64,000 bases of DNA from Vairimorpha necatrix (lineage: Eukaryota): NCBI GenBank assembly GCA_036630325.1, contig CP142732.1:620001-684000 (forward strand). The letters run 5' to 3'. The notes under the pieces are model-generated. The model made no database searches. It worked only from the letters and a program-made list of their open reading frames with translations, and was not told where the DNA came from. Within the stretch, counting starts at the first letter, position 1; every line of letters starts with the position of its first letter. Made by a program: the position numbers and the translations under genes. This document shows positions 1 through 12,334 of this stretch, piece by piece.

Positions 1-149
1 AATAAACTGCCACTGGTTTAAGTGTAATGAAAGGGGATGGGGAGCATTAATGAAAGTTTTTGATAAAACTTTATTTTCTAGTCCCTGAATACCTGTACAT
101 AATTATTTGTATATTCTGTATTTATTCACTAAAAAGCAGTCCACACTAA

Positions 150-740
150 ACCCAAGCTGAATTCCCGTGTGTCAGCTTCCAGTGTTTTTAGGGCTTAAAA
201 AAATATACGAAGCACTGAAAAAGAAAAACATCAAGCACCAAAAAATATAGGAGTTTATAGAAGTGACACAGGCCGATGAAACGATTTTAGTAAAAGGGAA
301 ATTTGTCAAATCACCATCGGAAAGATATGATACAGTCAAAAAATGTACATATGGTTGGTACAATAGACGAGCGAACGTTAGAATTGAGAATTGAGATAGT
401 ACCTAACCAGAATATCTAGACGATGATTCTGGGGTTCAAAAAATACATAAAAAACAAAACTATTTGTATAACTAATGGGCACAAATCCTACCTCGCAGCA
501 GTAGAATCCATCAACGCTAATCATCGCGTTTAGTCCACGATGACGGCTTAAAAAACAAAGCTGAGAGACCACAAATTTAATAGAGAGAGAGTCTGGCCAT
601 AGCTTAAATGTGATATAATAGCTAGAAAAGAATCAAAGAAAGTGGGATCCCGGATTTTTTGGAGGAATAACAATGGAGAAAAAGGCGCAATGTATAAAAA
701 TATTAAGAGTTGCAGAGAGTTTTCAATTGAAATTAACAAA
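150..740 (+). pseudogene. Decayed Merlin/IS1016-like (ISXO2-type DDE) transposase remnant
   Basis: Broken reading gives QADETILVKGKFVKSPSERYD...NGHKSY...TNLIE, matching the 5703-6351 transposase (QVDESVIIKGKLIKSPSEMYD...TDGHRSY...TNLIE). A probable right end (..CCGGGCTCGGGCC) lies near 3986, beyond the inserted gypsy. Boundaries are approximate. Confidence 0.75.
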
Positions 741-758
741 GTTTTTTTTAACATATAA

Positions 759-807
759 TGTTATATATTCTTATATTTCTGAACCCCAATTATGAAAAAT
801 AAATACA
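759..807 (+). repeat. 5' LTR (49 bp), copy A
   Basis: TGTTATATATTCTTATATTTCTGAACCCCAATTATGAAAAATAAATACA; one mismatch to 3850-3898. Confidence 0.9.
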
Positions 808-3800
808 TGGGGGCGATACCGAATCGTGAGCTAACAAGTGTTGGCTGGGAATAAGAGGCCGGAAGGTTATTAGAAGAGTTTATGAGGGTTGTTTGATGGA
901 CTAGTATTGTCTAATTATGATTTTGAGAAGAATGTAAAAAGGGAGATTTTTGATCTTGGAACTGATGGGTTGAAAAATTTTATGGTTAAGAATATTAAGA
1001 TTGAAGATAATTGGAAAGTTATGGAAACCAAATTAGAAGAACTGGTTATAGAACAGGAGGAAAAAAGGGATAAGAGATTATGGATGATTGAGGAGGTCAC
1101 AAAGATGGTAGCAGAGGATATCAGAAATATTAGTAGAGAGGAAAGAATATTTGTGAAGAGAAGAAGTATAAGATGTCATAATTGTTCAAGAATTGGACAT
1201 AAAAGTCAGATGTGCTATTATAGATATAGAAATGTTAAGAATAATGACGAATGTGAGAAGATTAATAAAGAAGGTAGCAGTAGCTGCGATGAGGAACGTA
1301 TAGGAACACATGGAATGCGAAAAGACAAAAGAAGCAAGAATGGAAGACAAGAAATAAAAGAAGTTATGATGAGGTAGAAAAAATCGGATTAACATTAGAA
1401 GACATAAGAAAGAGATATATGAACGTTAGAAACAACGAAGAAGAGAAAATAAGTTATTGTAAAATCGAAAAGTTCAGAATCAGAACTGAAGAAGGTAAAA
1501 AAGTTGTAAGGAAAGGTCAGCAGGTGCCACAAGCGCATAAAGAAGAGCCGAAAAAATATATTCAGGGGTTAGAGACAAGGAATGTCATGGAAGGAAGATC
1601 GACGTCGGAATGGTGAAATCTGATTAAAGCTTTAGTTAAGCCAGATGGAAGTATAAGACTGGTTAGCAATCTCATTGCATTTAATGATTTAGTAAAGAAA
1701 GACCCGTATGAATTAGTGGACATTAAGATATCATAAGGAACACGCAAGGGTCTAAGTTTTTAGGTGTTTAAGACCTTAAGGAGGCTTTTTTCGGGATCGA
1801 AATAGAAGAGCAAGATAAACATAAGACCGCATTTAAGAATGATAAGATAGTTATGGGTGGAATAGTATGGTCATGAGGTTTAAAAACTCGCCCCAGATCA
1901 TGCAGAGAATTATAAATAAAATTTTTGAAAAACATTTGTGTGGTAAAACAGAAGTGTACATGGACGATATAGTGATTCATGCGAAGACTAGAAAAGAACA
2001 TGATAAGTTATTTTAGAAGCAATAAAATTGTTAGAGCGGAATAAAATGCTGATAAATTCAAAGAAAATTCAGTATTGCCAAAAGGAAGTAAAGTTATTGG
2101 GTGTTACACTAAATGGAGATGATATGATGCTGTCTGAAATTAAGAAAAATGAAGCACTATAGTTTCCAACACCACAGAATATGTCTGACATAAGAAGATT
2201 GTTAGAACTGACTGGATAGTTTCGAGGATTTATTATGAATTATGCAAAGAAGACATTAAATATGACTGAAAGTTTAATAGGTAAACGTAAAGTATGGAAT
2301 TGGACTGATTATTTGAACAAAGAGTTTAAAAATATGAAGGAAACGTTAAGAAGTATAAGTAAGTTGAAAATTGTAAACTATGATAAGGAATTTTACTAAG
2401 AACTGACGCGAGCAATATATGAATGGGCACAGTACTCATACAGAAGAATGATAAAGAAGAGTGTGTGCCAGTACAATGGGCATCGAAGAAATTCACTTCA
2501 ACGGAAACTAGATATGGTATAAGTGAAAAGTAAATGTATGCCATATATAGGGAATAAAAAAAATTTGAGTATGAGTTAAGAGGACGAAAATTTTTAAGTA
2601 GAAGTGAATCATAAGGCTTTAGCAGAAATAAGAAGAAGGCCAAGTTTTAATAATAATAGGATTAACAGGTGGATAGAGATGATTCATGAGTTCGATTTTG
2701 AGATTGAATACAGGCAGCCCGATCAGATGGTTGTTGCCGATGCATTGAGCAGAATTCATGAGGAAAATGAACTGAAGAGAGAAATGATTTTACGAAGAAC
2801 AGAGAAACAGATAGCAGGAAAATGGTCAAAGCACGTTGAGGAGGTCGGTACACAGAGTACTGGAAATTTGATTCTGGTCGTAGAGCGGAAATACCTGCAT
2901 TAGGCGATAGGTTAGAGTTAATAAAGAGGTACCACGAAGAACAGGCTCACAGAGGACTAAGAAGTGTCTATTATGCTATGAAATTTGACTATTATTGGCC
3001 GGGAATTAAAGAAGATATAAAGATGATGATAAAAGAATGTGATGAGTGACAAAAATACATTCGAAAAAAAATCAGGAGAATGCGATTTTATTGCAACAAG
3101 TAGATACCTAGAAAATGTGGCAATAGATTTAATTGATTATAGAGATTTGGGGAAATTTGTTTTAGTGGTTATTGACTACTATACGAGAGTCGCGAGGGGT
3201 TGCGTGTTAAAAGATAAGCATCTAGCTCGATAACTGGATTTATAGAAAAATAGTATAGAAATGGTTAAAGACCAGAAGAAATCATTTTGGACAATGGAAG
3301 AGAATTTGCAAATGGGGAATTTAGAGAGTTATGCAGAAAGTTGGATATAACCCACTGGAAGATCAGTATTGAAACTCATAGAAGCTATGGAAGAGTTGAA
3401 AGAGTAATAGGTACGTTAGAGAATCGGTTTTAAATATGAATCTCGAAAATGGCTTTGAAGAATGAATTATGAAGGCGCTTGAGATATATAATAATAGTTA
3501 CCATGAAGGTCTAAGATGCACACCACTTGAGGCAGTTAAGGATAATACGGGCAATGTAATGCTAAGAAATGGACCAGAAGGAGATTATAGTAGTCGATTT
3601 AAAAAGAGATATAGAGACAAGTTCGTCGAAGGACAGAGAGTGCGAGTTGCGAAGAGTGAAAATTTAAAGGGGTCTAATAGGTATGAAAAAGGTAAGTTTT
3701 TGGATATTGGAACGATTAGGATTGTGTGTCCGGGGGATTCTTATGTAGTAAAATTAATGAATGGACGATTAGTAAGGAAGAGGCACTATGATTTAAAAGA

Positions 3801-3849
3801 TCTGCTTGGGGTGATGATTAGTAGGAGACTAACCGTCTTTGAGGGGGGA

Positions 3850-3898
3850 TGTTATATATTCTTATATTTCTGAACCCCAATTATGATAAATAAATACA
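3850..3898 (+). repeat. 3' LTR (49 bp), copy A
   Basis: Direct repeat of 759-807, immediately after the polypurine tract. Confidence 0.9.
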
Positions 3899-3989
3899 TT
3901 AAATGCTTTTATTATTGTTATAATTTTTTCGTTTCTTTCTAGGATTCCCCTCCCCTTAGAGAGAAAATTAAGTCCGGGCTCGGGCCGTT

Positions 3990-5080
3990 GCGCCCAAATG
4001 ACAGCCTCAGTAGATTAATTGGCGAATCAGTTAATAACGTATTAAGACAAAGATAGTAGCAAAATAAGTGCAAGAAACTCATTATCGCTTAGCATATGGA
4101 ACAAGGAAAGCAATGATATATGCTTTATGAGAAACAAAAACAAAAGAATTAGATTGTGATATGCAAAACGTAATATAAAAATGTCTTTTATTACAGCAAC
4201 GAAATTTTCCTATATAAAAAACAGTGTTATTTCAGTCATCAATCAAACTAAACAAAATATGGGAGATCGATCCAGTAGGACTACCTAAAGTTAACAGAGA
4301 TTTAAGTATAATTAACGATAATTGATCACTTTTCAAAGGTTGCGAACGTAATAACATTACAAAAAAAAGATGCAGACATAACGCTAGGAATATAAAGCCC
4401 CATTAAAGTTGAAAGTCCCGAGTATTATCATTTTAGATAATGGGAAAAAAATCATAAATCGCAGCATAAAAAAATTATAAAGAATTACGAGATCAAATGG
4501 AGGGTAGGAACTTCTTATTTGGCGCTTAAGAAATTGGTAAAGGGGGTTAATCGGACGTACGTAGAGAATATAGAAAAAATATTGAATTTTAGGAGGAAAG
4601 ACTAAGTAAAGTCCACAGATAAGACTTTGGATGGTACCTTAACTCATATCTATGCGGGATAGGCAGCTCCCCACAGGAAATATGGTTAAACCAAAGAATG
4701 TCAAAACAGTAAGGGTGCGTATATTACACAACAAAACAAGTTATTGAAATCGCAAAAGAATTTAGACTTAAGAGGAAATTCAAGTGATGCATAAAATACA
4801 ACATCTCCATCCAATTGGAAAAGAACTAAATCAGAGGTGAATTATACTTTTAGCGGAACCGTCATTCCTAGAAATATGGATCCGCCGAATTTAAGCTTAA
4901 ATGTTATATAAGAAACTTTAGTATAAGAAACGTAAAGAAGTATCTTCTTTCGGGGGGGGGGGAATGGTGCTGAAAAATAACATTTCAAAGTCGCCCAATA
5001 TTTATTCAATGACATTTGATGTTTGGACTATAAATTAAGGAATTAATATACCGATGGTTTCGAATAAATGTTTAGTTAAA
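3990..5080 (+). pseudogene. Degenerate gypsy integrase fragment with PPT and probable 3' LTR remnant
   Basis: Broken WEIDxVG / IIDHFSK / ILDNGK motifs; a G-run PPT near 4952-4965 followed by TG. Confidence 0.6.
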
Positions 5081-5089
5081 TAAGAAGTT

Positions 5090-5400
5090 TTTTCGTGAGG
5101 TTGGAATCACAAGCTCTTACAATGCTCATAGTGAAAAGATAGAAAAGAAGCATAGATTTGACTTGCTTGCAAATCATGCGGCTTCTCTATCAAATACACG
5201 CCAGAAATTATGTCCTTCGTAATAAAATTAGACGATATAGTAACTAATTTTTATAGAGCGCATATCAAATGCTCCGATTAAACTTCAGAACGGAAGCATA
5301 TATACAGATAAGGGTCCTTAAAATGACACTAGAAAGCCTAACTATGTCAATCGGGCATAAGCCTAATGCTGATCAGGAAGGGTATTTCTGAGCTTAATAG
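5090..5400 (+). mobile_element. 3' fragment of a non-LTR retrotransposon (restriction-like endonuclease C-terminus)
   Basis: EVGITS...FDLLAN...EAYIQIRVLKMTLESL, homologous to the other REL stubs in the window. Confidence 0.7.
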
Positions 5401-5702
5401 CTGTAACTCGAAGTTAATAGTGGAACTGCCAGAAATCTTTGTGGTTGTTTTGTGAAAAGTATTTAGTAAAAAAATTTATACCCAAATATTTAAAAGATTT
5501 ATTGTGTTAGTTTATCATTAAGCTTAAAATATTCAGAGCACATCTTTCCTTTGGTTCGCGCTTGAGATTTAACTCTTCACAGACTTTGGTTTCTGTGGAA
5601 TTATTAAGACTTTCGGCTCTAAGGCCTATTCCCGGGTATTTTTTTTGTTTAAAGGGGGGACCCTTTAAACAAAAAAATTATAGAAAAAAAAAGAAATCTC
5701 AA

Positions 5703-6351
5703 TTATTTATTTCGAATTAAAAGTTTTAAGAGAGTTAAAAAGGCGTCTTTATAGGCTTTGGAATCATGAGTTTTTAAATTTCTTCTCCTCCAAACATATT
5801 CTTCTATATACCCTGGCATTGAATAACCTGGTATTCTTTTCCTCGTTTTGATGTCCGATTTGAATTGAGACCACTCACATTCTATTAAATTAGTGTGGTC
5901 TCCATCAGCATTGGTGAATCCTTCCTCATGGTTCACGATTTTATGTACTCCGCCAATCCCAGCAACAGCGTATGGGTAGGATCTGTGCCCATCTGTTTTT
6001 ATTACAGACATAGGACTATTATTTTCAGAGAAAAAGTCGAAGAAAGTTTCTTTTTTTCTATTTGGTAAAACTTTAAGAACTAGTTTTCTAGTTTTTTCTT
6101 CTACTGCGCCAATTATCCAAGTAGCTTTACTAATTGAATCGTACATTTCAGATGGTGACTTAATAAGTTTTCCTTTTATTATAACACTCTCATCTACTTG
6201 TATTGGGTGCTCTGGCCCCAATTTCTCCCATGTATTCTTATTATCTTCAGTTATTACTTCTATAATATTCCTTTTAATTCTTTTTATAGTATTTAAAAAA
6301 AACAAAGTATTTTTATTAATATTATATTCATAATTTTTTTCCAGCCATGAA
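5703..6351 (-). pseudogene. Merlin transposase, C-terminal DDE part
   Basis: IQVDES, WIIGAVE, IKTDGHRSY, VNH..F, HTNLIECEW, YIEEYVWRR motifs. Confidence 0.9.
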
Positions 6352-6464
6352 TCATCATATATATAAAAGAATTTTATTGAATTTTTTACCCCTAAAATAT
6401 AAAAAATGGTAAAAAAATAAAATTGCAAATTTTGATCTAAAAATGATTTTGAATACTTAAATTG

Positions 6465-7324
6465 GGAGAATTTTCACTTTATCCCCCCCTTACCAATATA
6501 AATTAAGAATTTTTAAAAAATATCCCTTTTTTTCGAAATTCGAAGCGGAAAAAATGTGAAGGAGCAAAAGTCAAAAAAATAAAGTTGTAATAAAATAGCA
6601 TATTTACCAAAAATAAAACAATTGTTTTTTCGTTTTTTTTTCAATTTTTTAAAAATTTCCTTCTTCCAATTATTGATCAAGATTTATCTTTATTGTACAT
6701 TGCAATGTATAACAACGAAATCTCTATATAAACAATATTTATAAGGTTCATTTGCTGTTATAAATGAATATTTTTCAAGAATTAAAGAATTTTCCAAACA
6801 TGTAATATTTTACTTTTGGAATTAAAATATAACATATCTTATTAAATTGACATTACATACGATTCAATAATTTTTTAAAGAGAATAAATATAACATAATT
6901 ATTCTCTGTTTGTCTAGAAAAACCAATGAAAACCTAAAAAACAAGACTAATAAATATACTACCAAACTAAGAATAACCTAACCTAGATTCTGTTTTAAAC
7001 AACATAAACTAAGTATAAACATGTTTATCTTTAGCAAAAATTAAATGTAATGACAAAAGAAAGCAATAGGTTAAAACATATTTTTACAAATTTAGACTTC
7101 TATTTAACTCATAGTTTATTAGAAAACATTATTAAATTGGTTTAAATAATATATTTTTCATAAACTATGATCAAATTAGATATTTCTAAGACCATTTTTT
7201 TACTTATGTAAATTTTTCTCTGTTCCTTTCCGCTCTGGACGCTTCGACTTTTAAAAAACAGGGCTAAAAATAAAAAATTCTGTATTTATATTGGTAAGGG
7301 GGGGGGATAAAGTGAAAATTAGCC
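6465..7324 (+). mobile_element. MITE (Mutator- or Merlin-type) inside the Helitron 5' region
   Basis: Imperfect ~100-bp TIRs (GG..AATTTTCACTTTATCCCCCCCTTACCAATATAAAT) and a 9-bp TSD CTTAAATTG at 6456-6464 and 7325-7333. Non-coding. Confidence 0.85.
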
Positions 7325-7834
7325 CTTAAATTGTATTTTATACAGAATTTTAACCCACTTCTATTCTTTACACTTGATTTATAAATCATTTTCGAAATGC
7401 TTAGAAATATGATTTTCTCCTTTTTAATTTCTTCCTTTTAGAAAAAGAAAACAAAAACAATATGAAACAAAATGTAGAAAAAATTCGTTGCTAATGTGTG
7501 AAATTAACTTAATTGAATTTATATTTGTTTCTGAATTAACTCTAAAACTGCAATGTCGGTTCAATAATATACTTAACTTCTAAAAATCACATTTGCTCCT
7601 TTTTAATTCTTACCAGAAATGGAAAATCAAAACAAGAAACAAGAAACAAGAAACAAACATTGGAAAGATGATTTACAAACAGTAGAAATTTTTCAACTGA
7701 CTAACAAACTCAATTAAATAAGATTCACACTAATATCAATTCTATTTATAAAAATTATATTCTCATTTTTGTTTTCTTCTTCCCAAAATGGAATTTCAAA
7801 AACTATAAATAATTTTTTTTTCTTTGCCCCCATT

Positions 7835-10800
7835 ATGTTTACGAAAAATCAAACAAAAAATGATTGTAGTAAGCAACCCAAAGCAAACGTCACTATCTCT
7901 CAGGAATTAAGTAGTAATACTGAAAACAACAATGTTGTTTTCTATGAAGCCAAGACATCTGTAAATAGCACTAAAAATAAAAAAACAAATGCTGGAGAGA
8001 CAAAAAAAAGGAATTCTATATTCAGTTTCTCTAGCGAAAACAAAACGGCCCAAGAAACAGAAGAAACAATCATGAGAATTAATAACACTAATTTGGATGC
8101 TTTGACGGAGATTCTAGATGTAGCTTGCAGAATCAGTACTAGAAACCATGCCGAACATTATTGTGGAGATCTCAAAGAAGAATGTGGCTTTTGTGGTGCA
8201 TTACATTTTGCTGGAGAAGCAAGCAGTAATGGATTATACAAAAGCTGCTGTCATTTTGGGAAAGTTAAATTACAAAGAACTAGAGACTTCCCAGATGACA
8301 TTAAGAATTTATTTGTTGGGAAGGACAAAAATGCAAAGAACTTTAAAGAAAATATCAGATCCTATAATGCTGCTCTTTCTTTTGCTTCTCTTGGTGCTCA
8401 AATAGAAACTGTATCCAATGGACCATATGTATTTAAAATACATGGTCAAGTGTATCATAACACTTATAATGTAAATAATATGGACTCTAATACACCAAAG
8501 AAGTATGCTCAATTATATGTAGTAGATAGTGATATGGCAAATGCCCAAAGAATGACGAATCCATCTAATAGAAATTGTGATATATATATATCATGAGCAA
8601 ATTAGATGGATTTATAAGATCTGCCAATCCATATTCCAATGCATACAGGAATATGTCTGAAGTAATAAAGGAGCAAAAGGAGATGGGAAAAGAAGTTAAA
8701 GACATTTCTATGGTCTTTAATAAGAATTTAGAAAGGGATCAGAGAAGGTATAATGCTCCCTCAACAAATGAAATCGCAATGATTTTTACTGATCCAAATG
8801 GAGAACCACCATTTGAAAGGGACATTAAAGTATATAGCAAGGGTCTTAGTTCTGATAATTTACATTTGGATATTTTAAGTCCACATTTAGATCCAATGAC
8901 ATATACTTTGTTCTATCCAAATGGCGAAGCTGGATGGAACGCAAATTTAAGGATTGAGTCTTATCATGGGGAATCACAGAAGATATCTTTACTACAATAT
9001 AAAGTAGTACAAATATCTATAAGAAAAGATAAGTTCAATCCTTTACTCTATGGAGGGAAGTTGTTTCAACAATGGATTGTAGATTCATATCTACAAGTAG
9101 AAGCAAACAACTTGAACTTCATAAAGTTAAATCAGAAGAAGTTGAGGGTAGATCTTTACAAAGGCTTAGTAGATTATATAAATAATGGAATAGAAAGTAA
9201 TGCTAAGCCTGTAATTTTACCATCAAGCTTCCAGGGATCTCCAAGAAATATGAGGGAAAGATACCACGATGCAATGTCTATCGTAAGAAATTTCGGCAAG
9301 CCCGATCTTTTTATTACTATGACTTGCAATCCAAATTGGAAGGAGATAAAGGAGAATCTATTTAGGGGACAAACTGCAGTTGATAGGCCTGATTTGGTAG
9401 CAAAGGTCTTTAACTTGAAATTAAAAAGCATGATGGAGGAGATTTTGTCAGGAAGAGTATTTGGGGAAGTTGTGGCTCATGTCTATTCCATTGAGTTCCA
9501 AAAACGTGGACTTCCTCATGCTCACATATTGATAATGTTAAAGGATAAGATTCGGGATGAAGAAAGAATAGATAAGTATGTGAGTGCAGAAATACCATCA
9601 CCCATGGACAATGAGATGTTACACAACTGTGTAACAAAACATATGATTCATGGACCATGTGGATTAAGTTACTTGACAAGTCCATGCATGGGAAATGGTG
9701 TCTGCACGAAAGAATATCCCAAAGAATATAACTTTGAAACAAAGATAAATAATGACGGATATCCTGAATACCGAAGAATAAGAGGGACCGAGTACAATGT
9801 AAGGGGAAACATTGTTACTAATGCTAACGTGGTCCCCTATAATGCTTATTTGCTTGAAAAATACAACTGTCATATCAATGTAGAAGTTTGTACTTCTATC
9901 AAGTCAGTTAAGTATATTTTCAAGTATATTTACAAGGGATTTGATTGTGCAGAAATGAGAATAACTGACAACAACGAAATTGATCATTTTGTGAATTCCA
10001 GATATGTCTCAGCACCAGAGGCTACCTGGAGATTAATGGAATACAAGATGCATGGGAGATCTCATAAGATCCATAGACTTCCTGTGCATCTTCCACAAGA
10101 ACACTTGATCACTTTCGAAGAAGGGAAAGAAGAGGAAGCTGTTAGATTATCTGATCTTAGACAGACTCCTCTTTTAGCTTACTTCAAATTAAATGAAGTC
10201 GATGAAGGGGCACATCAATTTTCGTATAGTGAGATACCCTATCACTATACATATAAAAAAGGGGAATGGATAAGGAGAAAGAATAAGTATAGTAAGATAA
10301 TTACTAGATTATATTCTGTATCACCAACAGAAAAGGAAAGATTTAGCCTCAGAGTCCTATTGATCAATGTAAAGGGGGCTAAATCATATGAGGATTTGAG
10401 AACTGTAAATGGTGTAGTTTACAGTTCTTTTGCAGAAGCAGTGGAAGAGAGAGGACTTCTTCAAGATGATAAAGAATGAGAAAGGGCTTTGGATGAGGCA
10501 GTGGCAACCGAGTCCCCATCAATAATAAGAGCATTGTTTGGATATATTTGTGCTTTTAATAAGCCAAAAAATACCAAAGAGCTCTTTGAGAAGTATCTTG
10601 AAGATATGTCTGAAGATCTAGATCAGAATAGTAGAGACGAAATATTAAGTAGATTAAAAGATATTGTCAATGCTCATGGATGGAGTCTAAATGCTCTGGG
10701 TTTAGATGAGCCGATTAACTATATCGTGAAGGCAAAAACTATCTCTGATAATGGAAAAGATCTAGATCAGATGATCTCCTCTCTAAATGCAAAACAGAGG

Positions 10801-12128
10801 GATGCTTTTGATAAAATAACAGATAATATTGATAAAAAGGGCAATTTATTCTTTTTAGATGGACCAGCTGGATCGGGGAAGACGTATTTATACAATGTCC
10901 TGATTGAGTATCTAAGTAAGAATGGGAAATCTTCAATTCAAATGGCAACCACAGGTATTGCTGCAGATCTGCTAAAGGATGGAAGAACAATGCATAGCTG
11001 TATGAAACTTCCTGTTCCTTTGACAGAGACCAGCGTATCTAGATTAAAAAGAAATACTCCTGAAGCAGAGAAAATAATAAAGGCCTCTTTATTGCTAATA
11101 GATGAAGTTTCAATGATGTCAAAACATGCATTGAACGCAATAGATGAGGTGCTTAAAAGACTCTGTAATAATAATGATATCTTTGGAGGGAAGACTTTAT
11201 TATTGGGTGGTGACTTTAGACAGACATCAACCATTGTAATAAAGGTACTCCAAATGATATCATCGAGAACTCATTAATTAGTTCAAGACTTTGGGTACAT
11301 GTCTGTGTACTAAAGCTTGAAACGAATATGAGATCTTATAATCAATTGGAGTTTAATAAGTGGTTGTTAGATATAGGTGAGGGGCGTACTAGAGATAGTA
11401 AAGGATGTGTGGAGATACCCAAAGAATATCTTGAAGAAAGGGACATAGTCGATAGCATTTTTGGAACAATCAAAATTGAAGCAGGTGATGATTCTTTGTT
11501 TGATAAGATTATCTTAACGAGCAAAAATGAACATGCAAATGAATTGAATGCCAAAGTGTTAAACCTACTTAATGGATCTTCGAGGGTATATGTGAGTTCT
11601 GATGCTATAGAATCAGAGGATATCGAAGAACAACTGAGATTTCCTCTTGAGTTCTTGAACATGCAACAGCCATCAGGACTACCTCCACATAAGTTAGTAT
11701 TGAAGACAGGGGCAATAGTGATGTTGTTACGCAATATTGATCCTAAGAATGGATTATTAAATGGGACCAGATTGAAGATAAAAGGTCTTAAAGATAATTA
11801 CATCTTAGGTGAAATAATAACAGGAAGGGGAAAGGGCACCCTTGCTGTTATACCAAAAATAGACATGATGCCAAGTGACACTCTTCTTCCGTTTGTACTT
11901 AAAAGAAGACAGTTTCCTGTGGTATTGTCATATGCGATGACAATACATAAAGCACAGGGACAGTCTTTTGATAAAGTAGGAGTATACTTGCCTGAGGATG
12001 TATTTTCTCATGGTCAATTATACGTAGCTTTGTCAAGAGTGAAGAAGAGTGAAAACTTGAGAGTCAAGTTGGGGGGAAACAGGGGCAATGTCAAAAATGT
12101 AGTTCTACATGAACTAATTGGCTCATAA
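7835..12128 (+). pseudogene. Helitron Rep (HUH)/Pif1 helicase, split by about three lesions
   Basis: CCC-ATG at 7835. CGFCGALHF..CC zinc motif, EFQKRGLPHAH (HUH), KYIFKYIYKG, GPAGSGKT, IDEVSM, GDFRQ, TIHKAQGQS, YVALSR. Frameshift in a (TA)n run near 8585, TGA at 10477, and a frameshift near 11240. Confidence 0.93.
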
Positions 12129-12334
12129 GAGCAATAGATGAAGAAATGCGCCGTGAGCGTACAAGAACTATGCCATTTTTTTCAACAAAAACAAGATAAA
12201 AGATGGTAAAATGCGCCGTGAGCGTACAGAAACTATGCCATTTTTTTAAAGAATAAACATAATGTGATAAAATTAAAACATGTACCCATGCAAACACAAA
12301 CAACCCGTTCTCAGAACGGGTGTGCATACGCTAG

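Larger units (their letters stand above)
759..3898 (+). mobile_element. Ty3/gypsy LTR retrotransposon with 49-bp LTRs, copy A (decayed; mini-Gag/zinc knuckle-RT-RNaseH-IN, no protease)
   Basis: TG..CA repeats at 759-807 and 3850-3898. PBS-like TGGGGGCGATACC at 808 and PPT GAGGGGGGA before 3850. CHNCSRIGHKSQMC knuckle, YMDD near 1957, RNase H and integrase motifs, with many stops and frameshifts. Confidence 0.92.
6352..12334 (+). mobile_element. Full-length Helitron
   Basis: 5'-TC at 6352 after a host A. 3' hairpin ACCCGTTC-TCA-GAACGGGT followed by ..CTAG at 12331-12334. Encodes RepHel. Confidence 0.93.

Noticed and set aside
754-3903. TSD for micro-LTR copy A
   Set aside because: The flanks TATAA and TTAAA do not match; a TSD is supported only for copy B.
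6352-6428. N-terminus of ORF 5703-6428 (MQFYFF..)
   Set aside because: It is antisense read-through into the Helitron; the true N-terminus is at 15474-15751.
8580-11330. Programmed frameshifts, readthrough or introns in RepHel
   Set aside because: The lesions look like (TA)n slippage, TGG>TGA and a small indel; mutation or sequencing error is the simpler explanation.
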